DNA from: Tubiluchus corallicola
Lineage: Eukaryota; Animalia; Priapulida
Assembly: GCA_030141605.1 (NCBI GenBank)
Contig: JAQGDQ010000070.1
Location: forward strand, 662,045 to 726,044
Length of the DNA: 64,000 nucleotides
Reading direction: 5' to 3'
The notes beneath the pieces were generated by a model. The model made no database searches. It saw only the letters and a program-made list of their open reading frames with translations, and had not been told where the DNA came from. Of the stretch, positions 40,101-50,800 are shown piece after piece (the stretch's first letter is position 1; each line of letters starts with the position of its first letter). The translations under genes were made by a program, and so were the position numbers.

Positions 40101-41631
40101 TTTTGAATTTATCATGCTAGAACTATTAAATGCAAAATCGGTTCTTGAGAGTGGCTTAAATGCTTGAAGAATAGCAATTAAAATTTATTGGCATTAGCAT
40201 GATGTGGGTTCACTACTCTGCTTCTGGAGCTAAGCTAGCCTTTGATTTGGGTGCAACTGTATGGGCATGCTATTCCTATTAGGGTACTTATCTCTTACAT
40301 CCTTATGAACATTCATGGAGTCTCTTATGGGGACTTTCTTTGAGGCCTTATCTATAACTTGGAATGACACTTAACCCAGTATCTCCTGCCCATGTCCTAG
40401 TGTTTCTACGCAAATTATGAAGAAAACAGGATTTCCTTATCGAATTTTTTATATTGTTATTGGTCAACATGTACTTAAGTGTTTAACGTCAGTAGTATAA
40501 ACGTGCTTAATACTATACACTTATACAAAGCTGAATCTTGCATTCATAATTTAATTACAATAATGCTTGAATTAATTCTTTTGAAAATGTCATCAAAATG
40601 CTCAATTGACAAATTGTCTTCACTAGAAAAAAGTCTTAAAAACCAAGTTGCTTTGTCCTCTTTTTTATCTACAACGAAATTGTTGTTATTGATTAGGACT
40701 TTTGCATTTGTTTTTGTTTTTGATTTCACATTTTTACAAAGACTCATTTGTTTAATTACTAAATGTTTGCCTTGTAATGAATGTATGTTTTTACCTCACA
40801 CCCTTAATCCTGTCAGTTTTTAAAAGTGTCACTTTGAAGAAATTGGATGCCCAGTTAAGCCAAACTAAATATGAAATTACGTATTTAAGGCTTTGCTATT
40901 TACTGTACCTATATTAAGAATGTACTTTGTCATTCTGAGTACTTTTTTGTTTCTTCCAGCTAAGTCACTGCTACACAGAGCAATTTAATTTTTGTATTAA
41001 ATTTTTATGGCACTAAGATAACATTTACTTAGCGTTTTAGTGAACATTTTGTTGATCAGTTCTAATTGTAGTCTCAAAACTTTCACAAGAGCATAATATA
41101 AGAAAGCCATGGTAGTTAGCATCACGAAAGATTGAGGTTGGAATATAGCTGAGTGGTCACAATGTGTGCTTGACTATGAAAGTTAACCATTGCCAATCTT
41201 GATTAGTAAAAGGCTTCTCTGCATTTTCCTGCACTAAACTTCATTTGGCTACTTCTGGTTCATCTCAGAGAATATTTATTTGTTGTGAGACAGATTCCAC
41301 AACCTACCACATTAGCGGTAGATTCTGCACTATTGAAGGCTCAGTTTCATTCCTGCCATGTTCCACGTGGATATAGTAACTGATTAGAAGACTCAGATTT
41401 AAGATTGTAATTAAAATGTTGTTTGTTTTGCAGGTGGCGCTGTTTCAACTAGCTGATGTGACGCTGATGGTTTCTGTGTACAGCAAGCGTAGTATGAAGA
41501 GGAAAGAGATGGTGGGATGGTTCTCCCTGGGGAAAAACAACAGTGGAGAGGAGGAGTTGAATCACTGGAAGGACATGAGAGAAAGCAAAGGGGAGTTGAT
41601 CTGTCGATGGCATGTGCTGTTAGAAGCTTAG
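16014..41631 (+). CDS. SYT14: Synaptotagmin-14/16-like protein (TM + C2A + C2B), spliced CDS, 5' start exon not identified
   Basis: Exons 16014-16178, 21116-21355, 24027-24340, 34275-34445, 36048-36156, 37045-37202, 38132-38321, 39762-39877 and 41434-41631, all GT-AG with compatible phases, giving ~553 aa. Motifs closely match vertebrate SYT14 as recalled: [105 protein letters not shown]. The N-terminal TM segment favours SYT14 over SYT16. Confidence 0.93.
17495..19147 (-). mobile_element. 5'-truncated non-LTR retrotransposon (CR1/L2-group LINE), antisense in a SYT14 intron
   Basis: RT frame begins [17 protein letters not shown] and is cut 5' at ~19147; 3' UTR ends AATAAAGATTATTA(TA)n at ~17520-17495; flanks ccca-ctca / cccaactca may be an imperfect TSD. 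Confidence 0.9.
17713..19113 (-). CDS. LINE ORF2 fragment: reverse transcriptase plus C-terminal region, 466 aa uninterrupted (no endonuclease domain)
   Basis: [62 protein letters not shown] motifs. Confidence 0.9.
   Translation of the reverse strand: MNYRPISVIHCFGKVWERVIYDQINSYVNKHELLSKHQFGFRKHHSTIDALIHTTENWRHSLDNKQYILAAFLDLSKAFDSINHELLYDNLKQIGLDSISLKLIQNYLKDRQQRVKLDTTNFSDWATLNRGIPQGTLLGPLLFCLYINNISSVLKHSQITQYADDTTIYIAHENVQTAKNYLEEDIKNINMAFSHYKLKMNNDKTEFMILSPSLNTNDASSTTLTIDNAVIKQTNNVKFLGIQVDNNLSWDDHFNNIYTKMASSTSYLRQVKGQLTKETKTLIYKTLVLPHFLYGCTLLQKTKRENYLKLNLLQNYALRLIAGYSYKHKAGRQKFKASTTNLRKTLKFPIIEAHKKYFTLLFIFKYINNISKPFQNNRFTFFPNPIVNSRTFNLKQIRTNTHYGTNSVIKQAILLWNSLPLQAKQIKSLSAFKTKLKSLILTRYEIPSHQYDNIHTNSEFIYPRPY
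21116..21355 (+). CDS. SYT14: SYT14-like exon: acidic linker ([22 protein letters not shown]...)
   Basis: ttacag acceptor, gtacgg donor, phase 1-1; SSSDSDDE resembles SSSESEDE of SYT14. Confidence 0.85.
21695..21730 (+). CDS. Candidate 36-nt cassette exon of the SYT14-like gene ([12 protein letters not shown])
   Basis: cttttcacag acceptor, AAG|gttaag donor, symmetric phase 1-1, open in the required frame. Confidence 0.55.
23056..23619 (+). mobile_element. Tigger/pogo-family internally deleted DNA transposon
   Basis: 13-bp TIRs CAGTCAACCTCGG/CCGAGGTTGACTG, TA on both sides, subterminal TATAAGGGAC repeats, CENP-B-type HTH remnant [14 protein letters not shown]. Confidence 0.85.
24027..24340 (+). 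CDS. SYT14: SYT14-like exon: linker ([13 protein letters not shown]...[10 protein letters not shown]...ASDAD)
   Basis: acatag acceptor, gtgcgt donor, phase 1-0, GC-richer open frame. Confidence 0.8.
24760..25420 (+). mobile_element. Decayed LINE fragments (RT core and C-terminal zinc-knuckle-like region; RTE-X/L2-like)
   Basis: [12 protein letters not shown]...[18 protein letters not shown] (catalytic xxDD strand) and [19 protein letters not shown]...HVLFVCP. Confidence 0.65.
25673..25778. mobile_element. Small foldback MITE (PIF/Harbinger-like ends)
   Basis: ~40-bp imperfect inverted arms, CGGTTTCACAAAGC...GCTTTGTGAAACTG. Confidence 0.6.
27865..28061 (+). mobile_element. Tc1/Tigger-type MITE, family copy 1
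   Basis: TA|CAGTCAAA left end; core AAAATGTCTATATxTGCATAGACA shared with 43845-43995 and, inverted, 54613-54804. Confidence 0.7.
32130..32198 (+). CDS. Candidate alternative (first or cassette) exon of the SYT14-like gene ([23 protein letters not shown])
   Basis: ATG-initiated 23 codons ending at a strong AAG|gtaagc phase-0 donor that is compatible with the 34275 acceptor; in-frame TAG at 32103. Confidence 0.45.
32325..32895. repeat. Highly decayed ~23-bp tandem repeat (consensus about AAGAGTACACTATATACTGTGAC)
   Basis: Recurrent agagtacacta...ctgtgacaa motifs with many substitutions. Confidence 0.5.
33545..33612 (+). repeat. Degenerate (TTAGGG)n-like tract
   Basis: TAGGATTAGGGTTAGGATTTAGGGTTAGGGTTGGGTTAGGGATAGGATTAGGG. 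Confidence 0.8.
33811..33945. repeat. (CAA/CAG)n imperfect trinucleotide repeat
   Basis: Direct inspection. Confidence 0.92.
34275..34445 (+). CDS. SYT14: SYT14-like exon: start of C2A ([10 protein letters not shown]...[10 protein letters not shown]...)
   Basis: ttttag acceptor, gtgagc donor, phase 0-0. Confidence 0.9.
34967..35428. repeat. 54-bp minisatellite, ~8.5 copies
   Basis: Unit ACTGCAAATAGTGCAGTTACATGCAGTAAATACTTGTAATGATTTTTTAACACG; starts at 35109 and 35163 give the period. Confidence 0.95.
36048..36156 (+). CDS. SYT14: SYT14-like exon: C2A ([31 protein letters not shown])
   Basis: ttttag acceptor, gtaaaa donor, phase 0-1, polybasic C2 strand. Confidence 0.92.
37045..37202 (+). 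CDS. SYT14: SYT14-like exon: end of C2A ([20 protein letters not shown]...)
   Basis: ttacag acceptor, gtaagt donor, phase 1-0. Confidence 0.92.
38132..38321 (+). CDS. SYT14: SYT14-like exon: linker and start of C2B ([20 protein letters not shown]...)
   Basis: ttccag acceptor, gtatgc donor, phase 0-1. Confidence 0.92.
39031..39550 (+). mobile_element. hAT internal-deletion derivative with a transposase dimerisation-domain remnant
   Basis: TIRs CAGTGGCATAGC/GCTATGCCCCTG, TSD GCATGTGG/ACATCTGG (6 of 8); [28 protein letters not shown] at ~39159-39245 resembles hAT/ZMYM1-type C-termini. Confidence 0.7.
39762..39877 (+). CDS. SYT14: SYT14-like exon: C2B (DTYVKVSLM...[16 protein letters not shown])
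   Basis: tttcag acceptor, gtatta donor, phase 1-0. Confidence 0.93.
41434..41631 (+). CDS. SYT14: SYT14-like last coding exon (VALFQLADV...CRWHVLLEA*)
   Basis: ttgcag acceptor, TAG at 41629-41631. Confidence 0.94.
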   Translation: MALFQLADVTLMVSVYSKRSMKRKEMVGWFSLGKNNSGEEELNHWKDMRESKGELICRWHVLLEA

Positions 41632-43844
41632 CGGATTCCAGATAAATAATTATTTAATTATTAGTGTTATAAAATAGGTAGAACAATATGAACTGCAAAG
41701 CACTCGGTTAAACATGTACTTCTGTTTATATAAAAAAAACTTTTAAGGGGCTGACAATTTACCCTATGTACAAATCAGTCTCTACATATATCCGTTAAGT
41801 GGCGTTTATGTAGCATCCAGAGTTGGATACTGTTTGAGGGATACGGAATAGATAAAATCGGATATATTGTTTTCAATGCACCCGTTTATGAAGCCTGCAT
41901 ATGTGTTATTCTTTTCCTGCAACTATTCCTATTCATTTTTTTCGCAGACTATCCCGCAAGCTGTTCCACAAGTGGAAAATGCATCCATGTACGCGTGCGG
42001 CTGCTACATAAATGCCACTTTAGTGTGTGCCACAGTCTGCAGTTAAATTTGCGTTTGCGTGTGGATGTTTGCGCATGTCATGCCTGTAAGGTCAAATTAA
42101 TGAACTCGGCACTAATATTAGTATTTGTTGAAAATGCATTGATTATTGCTATTAATACTTTATTCTGATGTAACCACAAGTTTTGGCCAAAAATATCTTG
42201 TATAACAGAGTCGTTTTAAAATCAGCAGGTGCCAAAGAATGCCGTGAATGTAGTTTATGGCGGAAAATTAGGTATACTTTACTGTTTCTTTCTATCAAAT
42301 TTATGTTATTATGTGAAATGGATATAGGACATTAGTTTCTGAAGATCGAACACATTCAGATTGCTTTGATTACATTCTTTTGGTTGGCAAAAAGTGTAGT
42401 CATTTGTCAATTCATAGTGCAGGCCTACGTTAATGTTGTTTTTGTGGTCAGAGTCAGCTGAGACTGCACAACATTGATTTGCAGTGCCACCTGTTAGTGA
42501 AAAGTGCAAACGTAACGAAATCAGTATTTTGAACTTCCTGGGTTTGTGAAATTTCAATTTTCTGAAGTCGTTAAATCTTTGTGGATTTCATCAGTACCCG
42601 AAATTGTAGTAGATTAAGTAAAATAAATAAACCTACCGAAACTTTGCAGTCACGTGAACAGTTTTAATCACCTTTGCTGGATTAAGCTGGTCTGGAGCTT
42701 GTAGCACATATTATAAAGGGTGCCCACAACAAAAGAAATCACAGTTATTTCCTTTTTGTCATAATCACCCATTCACAAAGCCAACAGCTAGCTAAAGATA
42801 ACTGATGCAAAATGTAGCAGCCATTATATGTATTGGTAAGGTAGGCAAAGGACTAAAGTAGTTTATGGACGATTATATGGCATAAATCTGTAGTTTTCAA
42901 ACATGTATCTAATTGCAAGATGACCGAATTGAACCTGAACTTTACTACGAGATAATTTTTAAATGGAACCAAAATGTTTTCACAAAAATTATGTCACAGA
43001 TATATATATACATGTTAATAAAAGTACATCTTATCTAAGTGTAAGCTCAGTAAGCACTTTTAGCACTTTTGCAGTCAGTCTAAAGGGTATTTAATAAAAG
43101 TGATTCACGCTAAAAGTAGACTACGAGCAGTATATCATGTGTATTTATAGGTACTTCAGTTACCTTAGGGCCCTTTCTAATTTTGACTTAATTTTCCAGG
43201 TGTTTTTAAATCTTAAGAGAATTAATGGTCTTGATATAATGGCACTCAAAACATTAATAATTAAAGATGCAATTCCCGATGCGAAAACATGCTGATTAAT
43301 AAACAGTTTCAATATGAGGCCCGTAGCATAATTATGCTACTTTTGCTACTATGTTAATTGAAACTCATACAAAAACTTGTTCTCCTATAACATGTCAACT
43401 CGTTAGTAAATTGTTGTAAATAACTGTGAATAATAATTTTTAAAATTTTATTATCATTATTTGTGAAAAGCTGTCATGAGAATTATTAGAGACTGACTTA
43501 TATAATTGTACATAAGGAAAATTTAAACACCAACTGTACAGATATCAAGTTTCGAGTGGTATGTTTAATTATGACATTCATAATTATGACCTAGTTGGGT
43601 TTTCATCTGTCCGTGTTATGACGTGATACACTCATAATTATTGTAACTATTTAAGCACAGCTGAGCGAAGACCTGTTCAATGTTTGCAATTAATTATTAC
43701 ATTTAATAAATGGCAGAGTCTAACAGTGTGAAACAATTTTGTTCGCTTTGTAAAATCTGTAGCATCAACATAAAGCAGTATGTGATACAATTTTCCATTT
43801 TGCTTGTAATTTTAGAAGCATGACTGCAAAGCACTATTTTGTAT

Positions 43845-43995
43845 GTGCCAATATCTCATTATAACATCCTCCCAACCTCGTTTAATGTTGACGTTTTTGG
43901 TAAAATAAAATGTCTATATTTGCATAGACATGTATATATTAATGTACCACGTCATAATTTTCCGTCAAAGTAAGCAGTATAAAGAGGCTTGACTG
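43845..43995 (+). mobile_element. Same MITE family, copy 2 (decayed)
   Basis: Shared core and TTGACTG right end; left boundary approximate. Confidence 0.6.
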
Positions 43996-45470
43996 CACAT
44001 ATGTGCTGCAGTTGCTAAAAATGCAACAAATTCGCATAGTTTAGAACTTTAGATAATTTTTACTATTTACTTAATGCTGATCAAATACTTTTTGAGACCC
44101 TTTTTCCATTGAAAAGGTGTGAAAAAGAAATGTTGTTCATGGGTAATTTGCTCATAGAATGAATCTCGTAATTATAAAAAACAGTAAACCAATATTGTAA
44201 GATAGTGACCACTCCATTGTTGATATATTAATGAAATGTAATTTGTTAATTAACTAATTAAATTAATTAATATAATTATCAGGCATCAGTGATGCCTAAG
44301 TTCAGTAAATCAGTATTTGTTCAAGATTTCGCAAACGTGACATTTACTTTTACAGTTAAAATAGTGCTAAAATTCAGTTAGCAATCAATTTTAATTATCA
44401 CAAATTGGCAAATCACCCTAAATGGTCACAGTCAAATATAATTTTCACCATTAATTACATAATCATTATACACTGTCTACAGGCACAGGGACAGTATCAT
44501 CAGTACGCACATATCAATTCTACAGAAAGTAATGCAAAACGTTAAACTGTTAGACAAAACAATTACGTTTATGCAACATGTACAGCTCTTCAAAATATAC
44601 AGATAAGTGAAAGTACACCTAGTACGCATCTTTGCACCTTGAACTACTCTACATCGTGCTAGTCTGCAAGATGCATACAGCTAGTCTTGCAAGCATATTC
44701 TAAAACTGCATTGGACACAATTTTAACACTGTGCTAGCAGAAGAACCCAACCACACCAATTTTGCAAGGTAGGTAATTAAATACTATGCAACCTTGGCAT
44801 TATTATTTAAGCGTATTTACAATAATTCATTGCAAAATTGGTCACAGGTTGACTTGAAATAACAAATTACAGATAAATTTGACACCGTGAAATGATGGAA
44901 TAATTATTGTTCTACTCAAAATGTACAGCAATGTTAGCGTAGTGCAAATTATAAGTAACCAATGGTTTACAGCTTTCTAGTTAGAATACTAAATGGAAGA
45001 CTACATACAACAGTGCCTCAAAATTTACCAACTGTTTGACAAATAATAATTATAATACATTCATACAACTACAAAGCATTAACCAATCTGAGCAAATGTT
45101 ATTTAATACAATATTATGCAGAATATATTATTAGTTGACAATAGATCATTCCCCAGAGCTCTATATTATATAATATAATTTTCCATATTGCACCATCTAT
45201 TATTGTTTGCAAATAATAAACTCTTGTATTTTACAATAACCGTAGGAGTAGAACAAAATTAGGTATAATGGTGTTTGTTGAGATATGGCTGTTTTGTGAT
45301 TAACCGTTCCACAATGAAAGCTCTAAGTACAAACATAATTATGTGGACATCAGACGTGCAGTCTGGGTCACTAAAATCCCAACCAGCAAGACAGTATAAT
45401 GTATGCGAGTACAGCAATCCCATAATATATGCACACTTTCGTAGTACACCTTAATGTGTTAAGGTGCTTG

Positions 45471-45845
45471 CAGGGCCGGATTATGTCCTTTTTGGGGCTT
45501 TTAGGCTAATGAAATTATGGTCCCCTTCAGATGGAGCCACTCACTAAATCGCCCGCACCCCTCTTGAATATTTTGGGCTCGTGATATATTTTAGCGACAT
45601 TTACATACCTTGAAGTAAACTTATTACAAATTCTTTAAATAAAATAGAATAGCTATCTATCGTTTGTTAATAAAAATATAATTTAAGAAATAACACTATT
45701 TTACCATTTATTGCAAACCAAATTAGCACGCATTTTAACACAATCGTAGACAAAAGAAAGACTTTTTACCAAATTCTTGAGTGTCCCTAAGCTTGAGGGG
45801 TACTAGGCTGCAGCCTATACTAGCCTAAACAATAATCCGGCCCTG
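45471..45845 (+). mobile_element. hAT MITE between the two convergent stop codons
   Basis: 14-bp TIRs CAGGGCCGGATTAT/ATAATCCGGCCCTG; TSD GGTGCTTG/GATGCTTG (7 of 8). Confidence 0.85.
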
Positions 45846-47648
45846 GATGCTTGTGTGTCAAAGATTCAGTAAAGAAGTCTCATGATTTGGAGCAAAAAAT
45901 TTGGCAGGAATGGTGCATGCAAGTGGTGTGTTTTAGTTTGTTACCTTTTAGTTATCTTGCGGCTACACACTTCTATATGGTAGTTAAACTTGTATATATT
46001 TTGGACATTCGTGTTTTACAAGATAGTAAAATTCTGCAGTTAATCGAATTCCGCATCCTGAACGCTGTGGACAGCATGAAATTCATAAACACAAAGATGT
46101 TAAAGCCAACATAAATAATCACAATTTGTAGAATGTGGATATTGATAAAGAAGATAAAGCTATTTTATTTTCAAGTGTGGATACTGGTTCTAACACCAAA
46201 ACTTTGAACATTTAATTATTTTATAATCCACCTTTTTTAAACGACAGACCAGATGATTTTTGGTTAAAATATCATGGCCCACTACAAACCACACTTTACT
46301 TTTTAAAAGTATTAAATAAAGGATAAGGAAAGAATTCCACTAAACTGAAATCTTCATTAGAATACTTGTTTTTATATCATTTCCCACTCTTTGACAGAAT
46401 CCTCACCAATTTACAAAAAAACGTAAAAAACAAAGACTTGTTTGTTATCAGGCTACCTAGCCCACATGAAAAGTTCATCATGGTCCATTGGTTAGGAACA
46501 ACTGCTCTAAGAACTATTGAATGTTTACTTGCTATTTCACTCAGAGTTTCAAATTAATAAATTAATAAAAAATATGTGTATAAACTTACAAAGACCATCG
46601 TACAACTAGTTGAACAAATATTCACTCTGCATATCAGGAAAAACCAAAGCACTTACAACTGTTAAAAGTGCAAAATGCAACACCAATCAAATGTTAATTA
46701 ATGCAGAAGGCATCGGAAACTGACAAAAATTCAATAATATAAACAATTATGTAAGACCATTTAAATGCAGCATCACATATATGTTGCACCACACACATAA
46801 CCAGGAAAGTTTGAAAAAGTAAAATTTTCCTGAATACACCACAGTCACTTAATGCTGAAGAAATTATAATAATGGCAAGATACACAAGGGACACTTGTAC
46901 CATGCGAATTAATACAGAAGTAAAGTTTAACACTACCCACCACTTTTTCATAGATACATGTATGTACAACATATAGCTTTTTTAAGCTAAAACTAAATAA
47001 TATTAACTTTCAGTGCCCTGCAGTCTCATAACAAGTGCCCTTATTTACATTTCCCCATCATTTACACTGGTGCCTGGTTTTGTATAAATAATTGTTACAA
47101 GAGATCATGATCAATTCGCTGAGAAAAACAGTGGGATAACAGTGGCTAAAATAGAAGGAGATTAAATTTTCCATCTAGCAGGTCAGTTAGGAAAGGAGAT
47201 AATCAAACAAATTTCATTAGACTGATAAAAAATTTTCTTAACTCCTTCAGGACCATAAGCATTTTCTGCATTCTGCATGGTTCCTTGAAAAACTGCGCTC
47301 AATAATGTTTAAACAAACAATATGATAGAATAGTCAATATTCTCCTGAATACAACAGTACCTAATTTGTAATCATTTATTTATGCCTGTGTTCATACAGT
47401 AGCAGAAAAGTCATCGGTCTTATAAAACCTATTTTGAATGGTGCAGTTCTGAAGGAGTTAAGAGAACTTTCACAAACACTCAGACTTAGTTCCATAAAGT
47501 GACCATTACTTAAAAATACCATAGAAAATAAACCACCGGCGTGCAAGAGAAAGAGTACCCCTCAAATGCATGATCTCCTTGTTCACCGATTATTAGGCAC
47601 ACGATTCCGCCAAGAACGTAGCATCACATGCCTGTTGGAAAACATCTG

Positions 47649-47816
47649 CTACCTGGTAAACACCACATCTGTACTGTCCAGCAGTATCATAGTGAAAGAG
47701 TTAATGGGTGCCATCGCTGAAAGAGAAGCCTGCGATTGCGACCAGATTAAATTCGGGCCAAAAACAATCGCCAAATTAGACGACGTCATCTTGTTTATAT
47801 CACTTTTCTCCATCAC
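47649..47816 (-). CDS. ARHGAP1: ARHGAP1-like last coding exon
   Basis: [18 protein letters not shown]...VVFTR*; TAG at 47651-47649. Confidence 0.94.
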   Translation of the reverse strand: MMEKSDINKMTSSNLAIVFGPNLIWSQSQASLSAMAPINSFTMILLDSTDVVFTR

Positions 47817-50800
47817 CTGAAATTATAATGTCACAGATCACAAACAGGTGTCAACACAATAGCAGATCACAAATATGGAAAAACTAAAGTCAATTTATAC
47901 AGGCATTCACAGCATAAAAAGAAGAAAACAACTTATTAAAACTTTAAGTTACAGGATTTAAATTTGGAGACATGTTTTTTAACATTTTGTAACTTAGAGT
48001 GTTAATGAAACTTGTTTTCTTGTTACAAAATTAAAAAAATATAAAGAACTGAAAAAGAAAAAAGATTGTGACGATGACAATAATGATGTTGACAAAACGC
48101 AAAAGACAATAACTGCCATGTACCTATAGTACTGTTTAGCAATGCCTAAGAAACCACTGTTGAAAAGTCTCTGCTTAAATGAATTTAATCAGGTGTCAGC
48201 CTATTAATTTCTATTTGGAATGAGAGACAAACTACAGCATATTTAAAGCATTAAGTCTCAAAGGAATTATTTACTGTAATAATTTCAGTAGCTCCTTCCA
48301 ATCAGTCATAATTTAACAACCATCAGTCAGTGGCACGAACGAGATTTCTCTTGCCGATATAATTCATCTGATACACGAACCTGAAAATTCTTCGTGAAAG
48401 CTCTGAAATCAATATCACTCCCAATACAGCTTGTGTAATGATCACAAATTCTACGCACCTTCTGCAGGAATTCACAGATGCACTTCAGCAACTGATAATT
48501 GTCCTTCGGAAGTTTATTCACCAATTCCCGGACGTACATTACCTTCAACTCTGCTTTGTTGAGATCTGAAATGCCAGCAGAATCTTGCGTTTAATATTTC
48601 AATAAATAGTTTAACAACTAATACAGTGAATGAAAATTAATCAAAATTGATCTATTGTGTATATGACTTTTTCCATCAAAAATAATTTAATAGAGAAACA
48701 ATTACAAGGCAAAAATGTTTGCTAATAATCGATCATATGCTAGAACCACTGGTAATTGGTTGTATGACATGCAGTGACCTGTTAAGAGGATTTAATTTCT
48801 TGTTGTCATCCGTGTCATGCAGTTGTATGCAAAGCTCTCAGTGAACATGGCTATATAATTTCACTGCTTACCGTATTTTCCCATGTATAAGAGACCCTTT
48901 TTTGCTCAGAATTTTCACTTTAAAAATAGGGGGTCTCTTATACATGGGAGTATACAGCTGGGTCCTCAAGGCATGGAATGGTGTAAAGCCAGAGGTCATT
49001 ATTAAATCTTTCAAGAAGTGTGGCATCTCCAATGCCATGGACGGCACAGAGGACAATGCCATTTTTGAGCAGAGTGACTCCTCTGATGATGAACTGGCTG
49101 GAATTGCTGAAGGTCTGACTCCAGTTGATATTTTTGATGAGAGTGATGAGGAATTTAATGATTTCTATGATGAATAAAGTTATTCATTACCAAAAAACTT
49201 TTTTCCAGAATTTTTGCCTAAAAATTGAAGGGGTCTCTTATACACAAGGGTCTCTTATACATGGGAAAATACGGTACTTTTTACTAATGTACAAATGTAT
49301 ATATTTTTAGGCCTAATAAATAATAAATTATTAAATAAATAGTACATAATTAAAATTACCAAGTCATACTCTAACATATAACAAAAATTTGCTTTTAACT
49401 ACAAAAACTGTATTTTTTCTCGGAGTAACTTTTAATAAATAAACAACCTTTAATAAAAACCAAAAAGCATACACCTAAAAAGTACTAAATTGGATATCAA
49501 AAGGATAACAATTACTCTGTCATCTGTAAAGGTAGAAAAGGTACAAGGCACAAATAACTTGCAATTGCCCACATTGAATCTCGAGCCTACATAAGGAAAG
49601 AAAGTAGTTCTGTCAACCATGATGGTAATCATATTATGAATGATGAATAAAGAAAGTAGTACCATCAACTATGATGATGTCATCATAAAGATCGTATGTC
49701 ATAACAGGTTCTGGTAGCTCTCGAAGAAACTTTTTAAAGAGGACGGCAGCTAAGTTGATATCACCCAAGGAAACAAAATCTATAGACTGACCTGCAAGAA
49801 AAAGCAATCACCACTTTATTAGGAACTATATGCGTTTTTAAAGCATAAAATCATTTTTAGAAAAGCATTCTCAACACGTGGAATGATCATAATGACTTTA
49901 ACAGGTAGTCAGCTAAATATTAGATTAAATTACCATTAATTTTAGTAATTCATAAACAAAACTATGCATAATTATAATGATTATGCTACTATTTGATGAA
50001 TATAAAACAATACAAGGCAAATAATGCACAAAGTCAAACATAATCTTCTTATAATTTCTCATCTTAAAACAACTCAACTCAACTGATGTTTCATCGCTTC
50101 GACTTATGTTGCCATGGTAACGGACTTACCTTCGTCAATTTTTCGTTGCGTTTCTTTGATCGTTGCTGCGCCTGCAGATCTCCTAAATAATCCCTCCATT
50201 TCTAACCCTGACAATTAAACAATTATCAAGAATTAACAGTAATGTGAGATGCACATAATAAGCTTTACATGGTACTTCTAGTCTTAATTAAGTTCTCCGA
50301 AAACTGCTGAACTAACCTGCCTTGCAAGGTCCGAAAATGCTCTAAAAAGCATGTATTCTTAACAGGCATGTTAATAAACTTGGCAGTTAATTATTCCGAT
50401 CTGAAAATGCTAAAAATGTTAGGTGTAAACTCACCATATTCAGTTAAATAATCGATAATTTGCTGTAAAACTGGAGGGACTGGATTACCATTATTACGTT
50501 CTGTGAGCCTACGAAAAATCAATAATTTGTGATTATCCTAAATTGCAGAGCAGTAAGTTTTGAATGTCATCATCAAGCTTAAACAGCAGACATATTTACA
50601 TTAAAAGCATTAAAACTTTACATTAGTCAATGAGTAAAACCATTAAGGCTTAGCAAATATGCGGAACAACTAATGTGGCAGAGAATCACCGCAATGTTCT
50701 ACTGGATAAACACGTCTGCTTTAGAAAAGAGAAAGCAAGGTGGAATTTAATATTTTTTACAGTTTGCACCTTGCAAATTGGAATGCAGCACTTAATGGCA

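Noticed and set aside
41629-41650. TAG-C stop contexts in both genes, suggesting readthrough
   Set aside because: The proteins end where homologues end, the extensions are short and unremarkable, and no readthrough motif is evident.
43323-43340. Perfect 18-bp palindrome GTAGCATAATTATGCTAC (and a 17-bp hairpin at 44281-44297)
   Set aside because: About one palindrome of this size is expected by chance in 64 kb of AT-rich DNA; no supporting context.
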